Positions 50,734 to 64,000 of a stretch of DNA of 64,000 bases are shown one piece after another (the first letter of the stretch is position 1; each line of letters opens with the position of its first letter). The DNA is from Antedon mediterranea. Lineage: Eukaryota > Animalia > Echinodermata. Location: contig NC_092680.1 of NCBI RefSeq assembly GCF_964355755.1, positions 7,688,001 through 7,752,000 of the forward strand, in the 5' to 3' direction. The notes beneath the pieces were generated by a model, which saw nothing but the letters and a program-made list of their open reading frames with translations, searched no databases and was not told the DNA's origin. The position numbers and the translations under genes are program-made.

Positions 50734-53700
50734 ATTATGTTATGTAGAGCCTGATAAATGTACTGGCTGTTGACAATAATGTGACGTTAATTAGTGTTAG
50801 TTAATTAATACAAAAACAGCCTAGTAATTAGATTCATTAGAAACATATCAGTATAGTGATTCGATGTTTAACAACAATAGAAAGAAACATATGATAATCA
50901 TAATAATTATAATGTTGTGCTTATTAAGAAACTCGACTCGCATTTTCCCGTCGAGCTTAGCACTTCTAAACAATTATTAATGACTGCCATACAAAAGAAA
51001 TATGACTATGGAACTGATGTACACATTAGTAAAATGCGTTTTTTCTATCCAGCTGTGAGACGAGATCATGTGGATGTTATGACGGCTGAACAATATCTTT
51101 CAGCGCTATTACTGCTGCTATATAATTTTGTTTCATCGTTCATTCTATTACGCTAACCAGCCTCATTAACATATTATACTATAAGGGTTTTTAAAAGGCT
51201 CGAAATGAATGGTTTTAGTATGGCGTAAAAAGTGAGATATGTTTTTTTTTATTAAGCATGGCGATGAAAGTTATAGTTACATGTTTGTACAAATCTTTTT
51301 TATACAATCACCGATATTATAAATTTAATAATAATTATATAAAGTATTTACGTGCATTCAGAGTTTCATTCTATATCCATGGATGCATAGGCTTTGGGGT
51401 ATACCTGTACACATAACATAGACATAACTGTACAATTCGTAGTTGTAAATTGGTTGGCAATGTCGAGACGAACTGACCTTAAAGATATTGGCACCTGCTG
51501 GTGTTGATGAACTCATAGATCACGTGATTCTCACATTCGCCGTTATTATGAATTATGAACTTAAACATACGGGTACTGCTTTTATAATGTAGCCTCGAGA
51601 TGGTATAGAATATTACATAACACCCCCTCGCCTATCTATTTGTTATACTGTACGTTTATTTTTCCGATTATTTGCATTGCTTGCGTTTTTGTACTTTTAT
51701 TTTCTCAATTGGCAAACAAGTAGGAAGTGTATTTACACCTAATAATACAATAAGACATGGTTTTATTCCCATATAGATCACATCAGATGGTTTATATAGA
51801 AAATATTGATTATCAATATAACGCTGTAGGCCTATCTCATTAGAATTTTAAAAAGTACAGTGTGTAAATTTATAAATACACTTTGAAATCACAATTGCAA
51901 AATTCCTTCTACAGTAGCCACAATATTGTTTAGTTTTAAAATTACTTTACCGTATTAAGAATACTGTTAACACACAACTCAGTGTGCACTACGGTGCTCA
52001 TTATGTGAAGGGCGTTAACGTAGCAACGATTACAATGCCACTGAACCGATTACAATAGTTATTCCAGGTACAGCTGAAATATATACTAATTACGGCATGA
52101 CTACGATCATTTCACCTTTTGCAGTATTTTACAGTCTCAAATGTAAAGGCCAATTGAGTATTTACTATTCATATGGTGTTTGTTTTCTTTATGTCGATGT
52201 AAACGCATCAATTATTATTATTATCATGAGAAGTATAATTATCATAAATATTATTACAAACCAGTAACCCATGTTTATTCTAAGCATTCAACATTTTAGT
52301 CATTTATCATGCTACTATATTATTTAAACTAGCTACAATGTACATATGGATTTAACGAATTATCTTTCGTACTGTTGACATAACAACCATTATGTATATT
52401 TTATATAATAATGTCCAATATTAGACTTTTATTGTAGATTTTTTAATCGATGGATACTGTTCACATACGAATATTATACAAATATGAATGTGTATGAGTG
52501 TAATGGTACAAATAAGGGCATAAGGTGAATGATGAAAGGTTATATAAACGATCGTTTAATAGTGCGTACTATTGCACGTCATGTGACCCACATTCGTCCA
52601 ATCAAGTGACAGGAATTATGACAATTATTTAACGTTATTACTGTTGTACCTGGATTTCCCGTGAGATATAATAATTCTGATGTAAATTGAATGAGGATCA
52701 TTTAACACAACAACCAATGCCTGATGTTGTTATAGTCTGATTGTATTTAAGTCAAATAAAGAGTTTAACGTAATAGATGCATATTGATTGTAAATGCAAG
52801 AAGACACCATTGATGAAAATTAACAAGAGACACTCACTGTGAACTACCGCTTAATAGCTACGACAACAAAGTACCGTAGCTATAGCACGGTAGTAAAGTA
52901 GTCTATAGCTACGGATTGCACTGAATTATTTCTAATCAATGTAATATTTGGATATGTTACCGGGCCCATTCGGATGATGGTGCACTTAGTCCTTGAATGG
53001 GAACCGAACTTTACAGTGCATAAAATGATCAAAATAGTAAAGAACATTATACTGTAGTAGTTTATTATTTCTACGACTACGACTACAGTATTGCGCACGG
53101 CTACATCCAGGGTCGTATCCAAGATTTGAGGGGAGGCTGCAGAGGTCTGCTGCATGCATAGAACCGAATGTGGGTATATATTCGATAACTCAAAATCTGC
53201 CAACGATGATGGGTATGTTCTCCATCATTCGTATGTCACGTGGTGCACGACAAATTCCCCAGTCACTTATCTTAAAGCATCTGTTCGTGGGGTAATGTTT
53301 ATAAAACCTTGAAGATATGTTGCCAACTGTTATTCTGACGATAGCCGTATTATAAGTCTAGTAGATATCATTTATTTCTTCGAATTTCTTCGTTGAAATT
53401 TAAAGATCATGAACCTTTGAAGTTATTATTTATTTTCTAAAATAATACAAATACACAAAAACATTTTGTCGTAGGCGTCATAGACAACAGAGGCATGTTG
53501 TATTTTTTTTACTAGGCTTAAAAATAACTACTAGTCTACAAATTATACTAATGGCTAGACGAAGACAATTTTAAACTGTTCATGGTTCCCTGTAGTTGTG
53601 TATAGCAACACTTTTCATGTAATGTTTGATATTTGAAGCCAGTTAGCATTAACTGGTCAGTCAGTGGGTCTATGGGTTGATATTAATGACCTTAATTATT

Positions 53701-56349
53701 GAATTCAGCGTCAAGAAAAAGCCTATAACTGATCATGGCTATTTAATGCATAATTCAACAGAAAATCATATCGATCCTTAGTTTGGTGGACTCTTTCTCA
53801 AGAGGATTGCGTATACAAAATAGTTTTGAAGAAATAAATATAGAAGAATCTGGCTGTCTGTTATAGACCTAACATTAAATTTAAAACGTCTATGTTGTTT
53901 GTGAAATAGGCCCTGAAACGTCTAAGTACCCATCATCGACTGTCAGATGTTAGATCAGTGGCCGAAAGACTGACGGACGCACAGCGTCATAACGATTATA
54001 AGTTAGTATAAGCCGACACTTACGGTACGCCTCACAACACTATACACTGATGATTACGTTTCATGGTTCAGTATCCCCTCATGGAAGCTATATATTTCAT
54101 TCAACGTTTGAGCAATCGGACACTTCCAGGATGATTAAAAATGAAATTTTCATTTTCAATCAAAGAAATAAATTAATATTGACATGCAGAATTATTATAT
54201 AGGCTAACATGACAGACGTCGTAAAGAAGTGATTGTACCAATATGGCGTCATTAGCAGAGCATTTAGCATACTGTAAGATGATACATCAGTACATAGTAT
54301 AACTAGAGAATAAAATTTGCTCTTTTGGCTCTCAGTTTGTTGTCAGTGACCATGGCGTGATGCATAGAGGGAAACTGTGACTCCTTTTTATGTGAAAGTT
54401 TGTCAATGAATTGATGTAGGGTTCTGCTATTAATGGAGTGCGAAAATAATGACTTCAATCCCTAAAAGTCAGCTTCAATCGGGCCTCGACAATATTACCA
54501 TTGAGATGCAGGTGTGACGATATACGACAATGCTTTCAGCAATGATCTCCCAAAACACTGTAATGTTAGTCAGATATTTGTTAAAAAGAATAATGATGAA
54601 TAGAATGGTTATACTGTATATAAATTAACAAGTATCTTGAAATGTTGTAACGCAGGCTTGATTCTAAATAAACCGTTTATGCTACCATCTGGATTGGAAA
54701 CTAGTATAGGCTATGTTGTGTAAATAGGACAGTATTGGTTTCATCTAGTAATACTAATTTATGATGCCCGATGTTATTTTGTATCTATCTCAGCTGGTCA
54801 TTATTATGGTACTAACTGTAGAAAACGAAACAATGAGAAAGTCTATGAATTAAAAAAAAAGCCCATCGTTCTTTTGTCTAGGTTCTGGACGGAGAAGATT
54901 CGGCTTAGCATTGGTAAAAAGATAAACATTTTGGCACACATGGCGTGTTATACGTATACTTAAGCTGAATAGTTTCGGACTAAAATATCAACATTTGACG
55001 AGGAATAAAAAACGAGAACTAAAAACCTTTTTGTTTGTTCATTATCCGTGATTTACTCAATCATGGACGATAGGCCTAGGCCTATGTCATGTCAATTCAC
55101 CGTTATTCATTACCAACTGCCTTTTGTAAATCTAACTAATTACCAGCTATAACGTAATGTAATTAATGATAATTCTTCAAGTAAAACATGTTTGCTTGGC
55201 GATATGTATGGGTTGCCAGGACATTGGCAATAATCATCTCAATTACTTTTTTTTCCAAAAATGTATGAGTCATAACGTATGAATAAACTAATATGAAGCA
55301 ATATCAATAATGAAAATTGTTGATTATAATATTTTATATCACACTGCAGTTCTGTACTTTTAACTATCTGAATATAAATATCATTACAGAGTATAGTGAC
55401 GTCATGCATGAATGTTATACTATTAATAATGAGTTTATAAACATCCACAAAAAAGACATTAATAGCTACAAAAAGGTCCCAAATATGGAATACTTCTATC
55501 AGCTCATTAATAATAATATGTAATTTGGTGAATATATTTCGAGCGTGCATGCTTTTGTTATTAAATATTTGTGTTTACCACCATTTATCATCTATACAAA
55601 TAAAAACACCTATATTTATAACATATCTGAAACTTGTGTAAATTAATTTGTTAAACATTGTTATGAATTATAAACATATAATATTATTAAATCGAACATG
55701 TCGACTAAAAGAATTCAAACTTGTTAAATAGTTTTATCTTTAGTTTGAAATAACGACATCCGAATTAAACGTATTATTTGGAATTCGTTTATTCATTCGA
55801 TCATAGTATTATTTTACTTATTTTAATTATTTTGATTAAAATGATAATTTGGCCTCCCATTCTACTTGTGTGCCTGGGAAAAACTGACCTATTCGATGCC
55901 TCGATTGCAGCTAGCTATCAAACTCAATGGGTTGCGTTTACTGTTGAAATTACGTTTAATTTATGTTAGAAGCATCGCATTACGTTTGAGTTCGTATCTG
56001 CCACTGTACAAACGACTTAGCTTGTCAACCCTTTATTGGTTCTCATAGTAAAGTAGATATCTTTTTCTAAACCATCCAAAGATCATGTGATTACAATTTG
56101 TTCATATATATTTCGTAAATGTTAACATTTTAGGATCACGCTTGTAAGACCCAATTAAGGTTTTTTATTTTATTTTATTTTATTTACAATGCTGAGTATG
56201 AGGGAGTTTTCCAGTAACTTGTCATTTGGATTATTGCACATTTACAGGAAAAATAGAAACCCCAATTTGGATAGTGATATAGGCCTCCTGAAAATTAATG
56301 AATTAATTCATTAAAAACGGTGACGATGAAGAAATCTGTGGGATATTAG

Positions 56350-56441
56350 ACTCAACCGAGATTCGAACCTGTAATTTTCTGCTTTATATGCAGACACCGT
56401 GTCCATTAGACCACTGGGTCTTTCATGGTATGACTCAAATT
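56350..56441 (-). mobile_element. tRNA-derived repeat head, copy 3
   Basis: Minus strand gacccagtggtctaatggacacggtgtctgcatataaagcagaaaattacaggttcgaatctcggttgag. Confidence 0.7.
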
Positions 56442-56994
56442 CTATAAAACATTTGTATATTCCACATCATGTAAACTTTGATAAAGAAAAACATTAAAAA
56501 CTGCTATTCTCAAAATTCAGATTGAATATGGCAATTAGCTAAAAGCGGGTTCGACATCTCTTCGTTCGAGTTCTTGTCTCTATCGACATTTTACAATTTC
56601 ACAAGTAGGTTTTGGGGTTTAAGATCTATTTATGTCGAGTATTACGTAATTCTCTTCGGGAGCTTTTGTTGTCATTTTATGTTTTGTTGTTGTTAACGTT
56701 TTCCGTCTTCCGACATTACGCTTTCCACAATTTGTTTCCATTTTTGTCTGTTTATGGCAGGATGGTTTGTTATTGTGTGTCTACTTGTCATTGTAAGTTT
56801 TTCTTTATTTGATTCATCCCGATACAGTGCTGTATCTATTGTTGTCCGGTATCATGGGCAAAGTCTGTAATACAGTATCACATTAGTGACACATATGCCA
56901 TATAATAGGCCATAAGCCTAACCTTTATACAGGCGCCACGTGTGATACATTATTATATGGCATTTACACATTTGCGTTTCTTTGATTTTGTATC

Positions 56995-57446
56995 GTTGTG
57001 TCTTGTTGGTTTCGTCTTGCGCATGGCGTTACTCAGTAAGTTGTGTCTTGTTGGTTTCGTCTTGCGCATGGCGTTACTCAGTAAGTTGTGTCTTGTTGGT
57101 TTCGTCTTGCGCATGGCGTTACTCAGTAAGTTGTGTCTTGTTGTTTTCGTCTTGCGCATGGCGTTACTCAGTAAGTTGTGTCTTGTTGGTTTCGTCTTGC
57201 GCATGGCGTTACTCAGTAAGTTGTGTCTTGTTGGTTTCGTCTTGCGCATGGCGTTACTCAGTAAGTTGTGTCTTGTTGGTTTCGTCTTGCGCATGGCGTT
57301 ACTCAGTAAGTTGTGTCTTGTTGGTTTCGTCTTGCGCATGGCGTTACTCAGTAAGTTGTGTCTTGTTGGTTTCGTCTTGCGCATGGCGTTACTCAGTAAG
57401 TTGTGTCTTGTTGGTTTCGTCCAATTGTACATGGCTTTTCTCAGTT
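56995..57446. repeat. 45-bp tandem array, 10 copies
   Basis: Unit gttgtgtcttgttggtttcgtcttgcgcatggcgttactcagtaa. The last copy is diverged. Confidence 0.97.
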
Positions 57447-60271
57447 AAATGCGTTAGTGCATAATTGGTAGAAGTAAAGCAGTACCGTCGTTCCAAGAAA
57501 AGTCATTTAAACAGTATCAGAAAAACCGAAATATGATCAATCACAGATGTAAATTCGAAATATCAGCGAGAATTCCGAGAAACAAACGATTTGGTTATTT
57601 TAACTAAAACTGTACGGTATATAACGGAGTTTTATTATACATTGTCTCTGATTATACCAATACGGAGAATTATAAAATGTCTGCAGACATGTTCAATCAT
57701 AAGTGACAGAAAAATATTAGTCAGTATCATGTATGACCTATGAAAAAAACCAGTTTAAATGTCAAACCGGTATACACTGTAAGCCCCCAAGGGTTTTACA
57801 TAGCTTCGTTTTTCCAAAATGGCTAGAATTATTACTTCATTGAAATGATGGGGGGGGGGGGGGGACTCCAGAACCCTCTGGCTACGGAAATTATCTGACC
57901 CTGTGGAAAGATTATAATATGTATGTATACAGGCCTAATAAAAACTATATTTACAGTAGGACTATTCCTCTATTGGTTTGGTACAATCTTTTATATAAGT
58001 GGGTCAGTCATCGATCAATCAAACGATTGAGTTATCAGACTGTTATTGATTGATTGGTCTGTTAATGATGGTAGGCCTATGTAGGCCTATCATATATCAT
58101 TTATGTAAATTTGCATGACATATATAAATATATATTGCTTACAATTTAACTGCAAACGCGTGAAAATGTCGATACGTATGTTCGCGTTGACGTTAAATAA
58201 TAGTTGTCATGGTTGATTGCGTACAACGATTCACGTACACTTTAAACCTGCGCCTCATGAATTATGATTGATTTTTAGTTGTCTGCTTTCAAATTCGTCG
58301 AAAATTAGAAGCAGTTTTGTGTGAAAAATTCTGAATCGTACAGTATCCTAGAGGGGACAGCAGCGACTGATAACGGGGCAAACTGACACGCTAGGCTTGT
58401 TAGCTGTTTTTACGGGAGTACACACAATCTCCCAACATTAAAACTAATAAATAATTCAGAATGATTTATCGTCGCAGCAAACGATTTTCGTCCGCTTTAC
58501 CATCAATCAATGTAAATTGTCAGCAGTCCTTTATTAGCAAAAACGATAGAATTTTTGATGATCTAGTAATCTTTTTGCGAGAAATTAATGCATATAACAT
58601 TTCAACGATGGATGCAAATACATTCCTGTTCCCATTAAACTGAATAAGGTTTCTGAGCGCATTTAGTCACCATGGTGACTAGTAATGAATGCTTATTTTA
58701 AATTCAAATATTCAAAAAAAAAAAATAATCCGTAGACCATTTGCACTTAAGTGTGGCCAATGTAATTTTCCCCTATCCATAGGAATTACTCATTATTGCC
58801 TTATCGAACCTTGTTTGAAACGCAGAAAGCGTTAATCAAACTCATTTTCAGCATTTGGCTGAAGTGTTTTTATTATTATTTAAATATTCCATACCTGCAT
58901 ATGTGCTTATTAGATTCAATACTAACAAGAACTTCGACATGTAAGTCGTAGTGTAACATTATTTCAGATTTTAGATAAGAAGCCGAACATCAAAAAATTA
59001 TTACTATGCCTCGATATGATCTCAAAGTATCATTTTAATCAACCGCGTGGTTGTTGAGTAGGCCTACTTTGTATTTTGACTTTCTATCTTTACAAACATC
59101 ATAATGTGGACACTTAAAATGGACATCTTGATTGATCTAAATCAATCCTGACAAAATCCCAACTGATGGCTTTTATAAAACCGAAAGTAAAAACCCACCA
59201 TCTAACACAGTTGATTTTATCAGCGATTTTAAACTTGTCATTTTATATAAAGTCAAACTCCTAGTAATCTTATAAAGAGGAGAAATTGATTGCCTACGTT
59301 TTTATAGTTTCATTAATGGTTAGGTGACTACTAAACACATCTGTAGTTACATGTATACTTTACCAAAAGTGCTTGATGTATTACATCTAGTGTATAATCG
59401 TTTCCACTGATATTGTATACTTTTATATAGCACCGGTTAAGCGGAACAAGATTACTTTAAACGCATGTTTTCTTGTCTACATTCATACTTTTAGCTTGTG
59501 TTAGTAATCTTGCCGGAATAGCAGTCGATTTCACGATGCATCGTGCTAGGCCTGACATCGATAACTTTCCATCTTTCTGCCTGACTCGCCTTAGAGCCAA
59601 TTTGACTAGATTTCGTGTTTGATTTGCAAACTACGAAACATCACCGAAACATAAATTGTGTAAGTGCCGTATTCAATTCAACACGTTTCAGTTAATTATA
59701 ATATTAACTAGGTGGATGACTGTACCTATGACCTCCTGTTTTGAACTTATTTTATAGCCCATACAAATGCTATTATATACATTTAGATATTTGCTTATTA
59801 GGCCCTTCCGGAGACGAACCCGAGTTTTAACGTGGTACGGTAGAAAATATATCAACTTGATACGCCCTTATTTCCGTATATAAAGTGGGATATCCGAAGA
59901 TATTATTAAAATAGTGTGTAACGTTAAGAAAAAACTATGGAAACTGCTGCACGGGTGAGGCCTTCATCAGGACACATTCTATCCCACGCAATTGTCAAAA
60001 TGCAATACCATACCTTTACTGTTTGTGTTACCAGCCTTATAAAAACCTCTCTTCGTCATTTATTACTCATTAACAACATCATCATTAAATGATGTTTATC
60101 GATATATCGCTGCACATGTGTCACTCCTCCGCGTTGTAAAAATCCAACAAACATATTGCAGTAGTTAGATCATATCAAAATCATTAGCGCATTAAATATA
60201 TGTATATGGTACATCTGTTTATTGGTGTGTTGTAACATATAGTACTTGGTTCGAATCCGATCATCGTTCAC

Positions 60272-61901
60272 GTGACAATTATGACCTGTATAGTGTCTGT
60301 AGTGACAATGTCATGTATGTTGTGACAATGATGGTGTCTGCAGTGACAATTATGACATGTGTGGTGTCTGTAGTGACAATGACCTGTATGTTGTGACAAT
60401 GATGGTGTCTGCAGTGACAATTATGACCTGTATGGTGTCTGTAGTAACAATGGCCTGTATGTTGTGACAATTATGGTGTCTGCAGTGACAATTATGACAT
60501 GTGTGGTGTCTGTAGTGACAATGACCTGTATGTTGTGACAATGATGGTGTCTGCAGTGACAATTATGACCTGTATGGTGTATGTAGTAACAATGGCCTGT
60601 ATGTTGTGACAATTATGGTGTCTGCAGTGGCAATTATGACATGTGTGGTGTCTGCAGTGACAATGACAGGTATGTTGTGACAATGATGGTGTCTGCAGTG
60701 ACAATTATTACCCGTATGGTGTATGTAGTGACAATGACATGTATTTTGTGACAATGATGGTATCTGCAGTGACAATTATTACCCGTATGGTGTCTGTAGT
60801 GACAATGGCATGTATGTTGTGACAATGATGGTGTCTGCAGTGACAATTATGACATGTATGGTGTCTGTAATGACAATGGCCTGTATGTTGTGACAATGAT
60901 GGTGTCTGCAGTAACAATTATGACCTGTATGGTGTCTGTAGTGACAATGACCTGTATGTTGTGACAATGATGGTGACAATTATTACATGTATGGTGTCTG
61001 TAGTGACAATGGCATGTATGTTGTGACAATGATGGTGTCTGCAGTGACAATTATTACCCGTATGGTGTCTGTAGTGACAATGGCATGTATGTTGTGACAA
61101 TGATGGTGTCTGCAGTGACAATTATGACATGTGTGGTGTCTGTAGTGACAATGGCCTGTATGTTGTGACAATGATGGTGTCTGCAGTGACAATTATGACC
61201 TGTATGGTGTCTGTAGTGACAATGGCATGTATGTTGTGACAATGATGGTGTCTGTAGTGACAATTATTACCCGTATTGTGTCTGTAGTGACAATGACCTG
61301 TATGTTGTGACAATGATGGTGACAATTATGACATGTGTGGTGTCTGCAGTGACAATGGCATGTATGTTGTGACAATGATGGTGTCTTGACAATTATTACC
61401 CGTATGGTGTCTGTAGTGACAATGGCATGTATGTTGTGACAATTATGACGTGTATGGTGTCTGTAATGACAATGGCCTGTATGTTGTGACAATGATGGTG
61501 TCTGCAGTAACAATTATGACCTGTATGGTGTCTGTAGTGACAATGACCTGTATGTTGTGACAATGATGGTGACAATTATTACATGTATGGTGTCTGTAGT
61601 GACAATGGCATGTATGTTGTGACAATGATGGTGTCTGCAGTGACAATTATGACATGTGTGGTGTCTGTATTGACAATGGCATGTATGTTGTGACAATGAT
61701 GGTGTCTGTAGTGACAATTATGACCTGTATGGTGTCTGTAGTGACAATGGCCTGTATGTTGTGACAATGATGGTGTCTGCAGTGACAATTATGACATGTG
61801 TGGTGTCTGTAGTGATAATGGCCTGTATGTAGTGATAATGATGGTGTCTGCAGCGACAATTATGACCTGTATGTTATGACAATGATGGTGTTTGTAGTGA
61901 C
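60272..61901. repeat. 71-bp tandem array of three gtgacaat-led subunits (30+20+21 bp), about 23 copies
   Basis: Seen directly. ORF starts in the track recur at 71-bp steps. Confidence 0.96.
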
Positions 61902-62345
61902 TGAGAAGGATCATGAATAAAAGGAGGAATATAATAAATGATGTTTATTAATGAGTACAGAGGATCATAGTTTCCATTTTGTACTAACATAATATTATCA
62001 ATATAACATTAATGATTTCATTAATGAAATCCAAATCCATTCCGCCTGTTAAATATTTCCGTACTGCTAGAGAGGAAAACACACTTTTAAAAAGCTATTT
62101 TACAATGAAAAAAATACAAGCCTTCTTAGTCTGTAGTAGTAAATAATGTTATTTAATTGTTGTATTGCATAATTCCAATGATCAGTGATCTTTCCTGACT
62201 AGCCTCTTCTTGGATAACTGACATTGATCTTTTTCATCCAGGTCTGTCTTACTGGAAAGGTCAAAGGTAAATAGTTCTATGTGAAGCATTATTTTCTCGT
62301 ATAGGAAAGATCGATATTTGCCCCGCATACATTTAACGCGCGGTA

Positions 62346-62523
62346 AGGCAAATTTACACAGACGAGCGGCGGTAACGGTAAGCTGAAAACCGCACGTAGA
62401 ATCTGTATCTATACTGAGCAGAAACCGTCCGTCCGGTCCGCGGTGTGTGTAAATGGTCGTATAGGAATAACATAGATTCTATATTATTGTATTACCGTTA
62501 CCGCTCGTCTGCGTAAATTGGCC
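62346..62523. mobile_element. MITE (aggccaatttacacagacgagcgg family), copy 2
   Basis: ggcaaatttacacagacgagcgg / ccgctcgtctgcgtaaattggcc. The interior is shared with 40736-40917. Confidence 0.78.
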
Positions 62524-62813
62524 AGTATGGTCATGGTACTATGTAATTGTTACAGTTCATACGTGATACGGTATATTGTAAGTTGTACAGTGGGTTCCGG
62601 TAATGGTGGTTTAATACGTTGTATTCACTCGTCTTCGGATTCCATTTGGTAAATGATCATACGATAAAAATTAAATGCCATATGCTTTTAACAAGTCACT
62701 GTACATGTTCTTTCACGCCTACTTAACGATCATCAGACAACTAAATGCTATAATAAATGTGTTTCTATTTTTTAAAGTGCTGCAGGTTTAATACATTGCA
62801 TTTCGTTTTCTAA

Positions 62814-62994
62814 AGGGTCTTTCACACCTGTTCCGGCACGGTTCCGGTCCGGCGAATCGAACATCAATGTTTCGTTTTCACGCGGCTATGCGCCAATCGA
62901 TATGCGCGTAGCCGCGTGAAAACGAAACATTGACGTTCGATTGGATTTTCCGGCGCCGGACTGGAACCGTGCTGGAACAGGTGTGAAAGACCCT
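62814..62994. mobile_element. Young fold-back Harbinger/Tourist-type MITE
   Basis: AGGGTCTTTCACACCTGTTCC / GGAACAGGTGTGAAAGACCCT with arms complementary almost to the centre. TAA TSD on both sides. Confidence 0.92.
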
Positions 62995-64000
62995 TAATGC
63001 TGTATTTGTGGGACGGTGATCATCGCCGTGTACAGCCATAATAGAAGCTTCCATCATTCCAAGGCTATTATAAAAACCCAACTTTCTTTATATTTTGTAT
63101 GAGCGACACTATTGAACCACCGTACAAACCGACGGGTCAGAAAAATAAATTCCAGATAAGTGGGCATACGTATCCGATTCTGCAGCTGTCACAAGGTAGA
63201 CCTTAACCGACTGTTGACAGTCATCTAGATACGAGTCTATTTTCAATTAATGTTGCCCTTGTTACTAGGTTCGTACTGTATGTAGAGGTAAAACCGTATA
63301 ATGCCTATAGAGGGACACTGTTAGGCTTATTTTAACCAGGTATTTCACGCGGCGTTCTAAATCCCCTCCCCTCACTCCACTTTTATTTATTCGTATTCAT
63401 CAATTAGTTAAGATTATATTGGCCGTATTTTGGATAGGTCTTCGAAAAAATTAAAATTGTAAGCCTACCAGGGAAGAGTGAAAATTTCACTCTTTTTCCC
63501 TGATTGTACAGTCAAAAGCGTAACCGCTTCCTAGAACAAAGATACAAAATGGAAGAAAAAATGAACAGACAGACCGACAGTCATAATGAAGTACACGTAC
63601 TGGAAGGTTCAACTGTATGTTAATGTATTAAATGTTTATGCTTATGTTTGGCCCACCCCATTTATGCCTCTCATAGTACTGGCATCGTTTTTCTACGTTT
63701 ATTGGTCTCATTTTTAACATTTTGAAATCGAGTAATCAAGGTAAACGACTATAATATATAAAGCCATGTCGTTTAGGGATTTAGTTTTTATTTGATCATC
63801 CGCAGTCTATATTAGCTGGCGATTTATGCATGGGATTGCCTTCAAATATACGTCTTTTATTATACTTTCATTAACCTACTCCTTATGTCACATATATTCA
63901 TAATTTATTTCAGATTATTTTAGTAGCAAACTAATATAAAATAGTTAAATCCTTAGCTTTTCCTTTGAGTTACAATATAGTGAATATTTGAGGTCAATGT

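Noticed and set aside
56942-57464. Three overlapping 160-aa repeat ORFs
   Set aside because: Translation of the 45-bp array. No splice or homology support.
59950-59980. Minus-strand CTGATGAAGGCC hammerhead-like half core
   Set aside because: No closing stem II strand or GAAA follows. At best a truncated relic.
60279-61859. His/Cys-rich metallothionein-like ORFs
   Set aside because: Frame-shifting translations of a 71-bp array (not a multiple of 3).

Overview
AT-rich eukaryotic (animal, most likely marine invertebrate/echinoderm-like) genomic DNA with spliceosomal introns. It is not prokaryotic and has no CRISPR. Two host genes are supported: the last two coding exons of VPS33B (+, 1071-1181 and 3662-3750) and the first coding exon of an SK/KCNN small-conductance Ca2+-activated K+ channel (+, 45721-46518), whose next intron runs past the window end. 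The rest is intergenic or intronic and rich in mobile DNA: two inverted copies of a non-autonomous Helitron reciprocally nested with PIF/Harbinger-type MITEs, a Helentron/HINE, several small fold-back MITEs, an L1/Tx1 LINE relic, tRNA-derived SINEs and about eight tandem arrays, which explain most of the long ORFs in the track. Main observations: (1) pervasive TA-site micro-insertions (TA-GGCC-TA, TA-CAG/CTG-TA) that can be shown against sister repeat copies and look like DNA-transposon excision footprints, implying an unseen element with GGC...GCC ends; (2) an HDV-like ribozyme fold whose predicted cleavage site coincides with the 5' end of an RTE-like insert in the VPS33B intron; (3) a minimal dimer-type hammerhead ribozyme of the Penelope class; (4) a CpG-poor to CpG-rich transition with direct CpG-decay evidence. 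Everything was read by eye. Coordinates of degenerate repeats are approximate.
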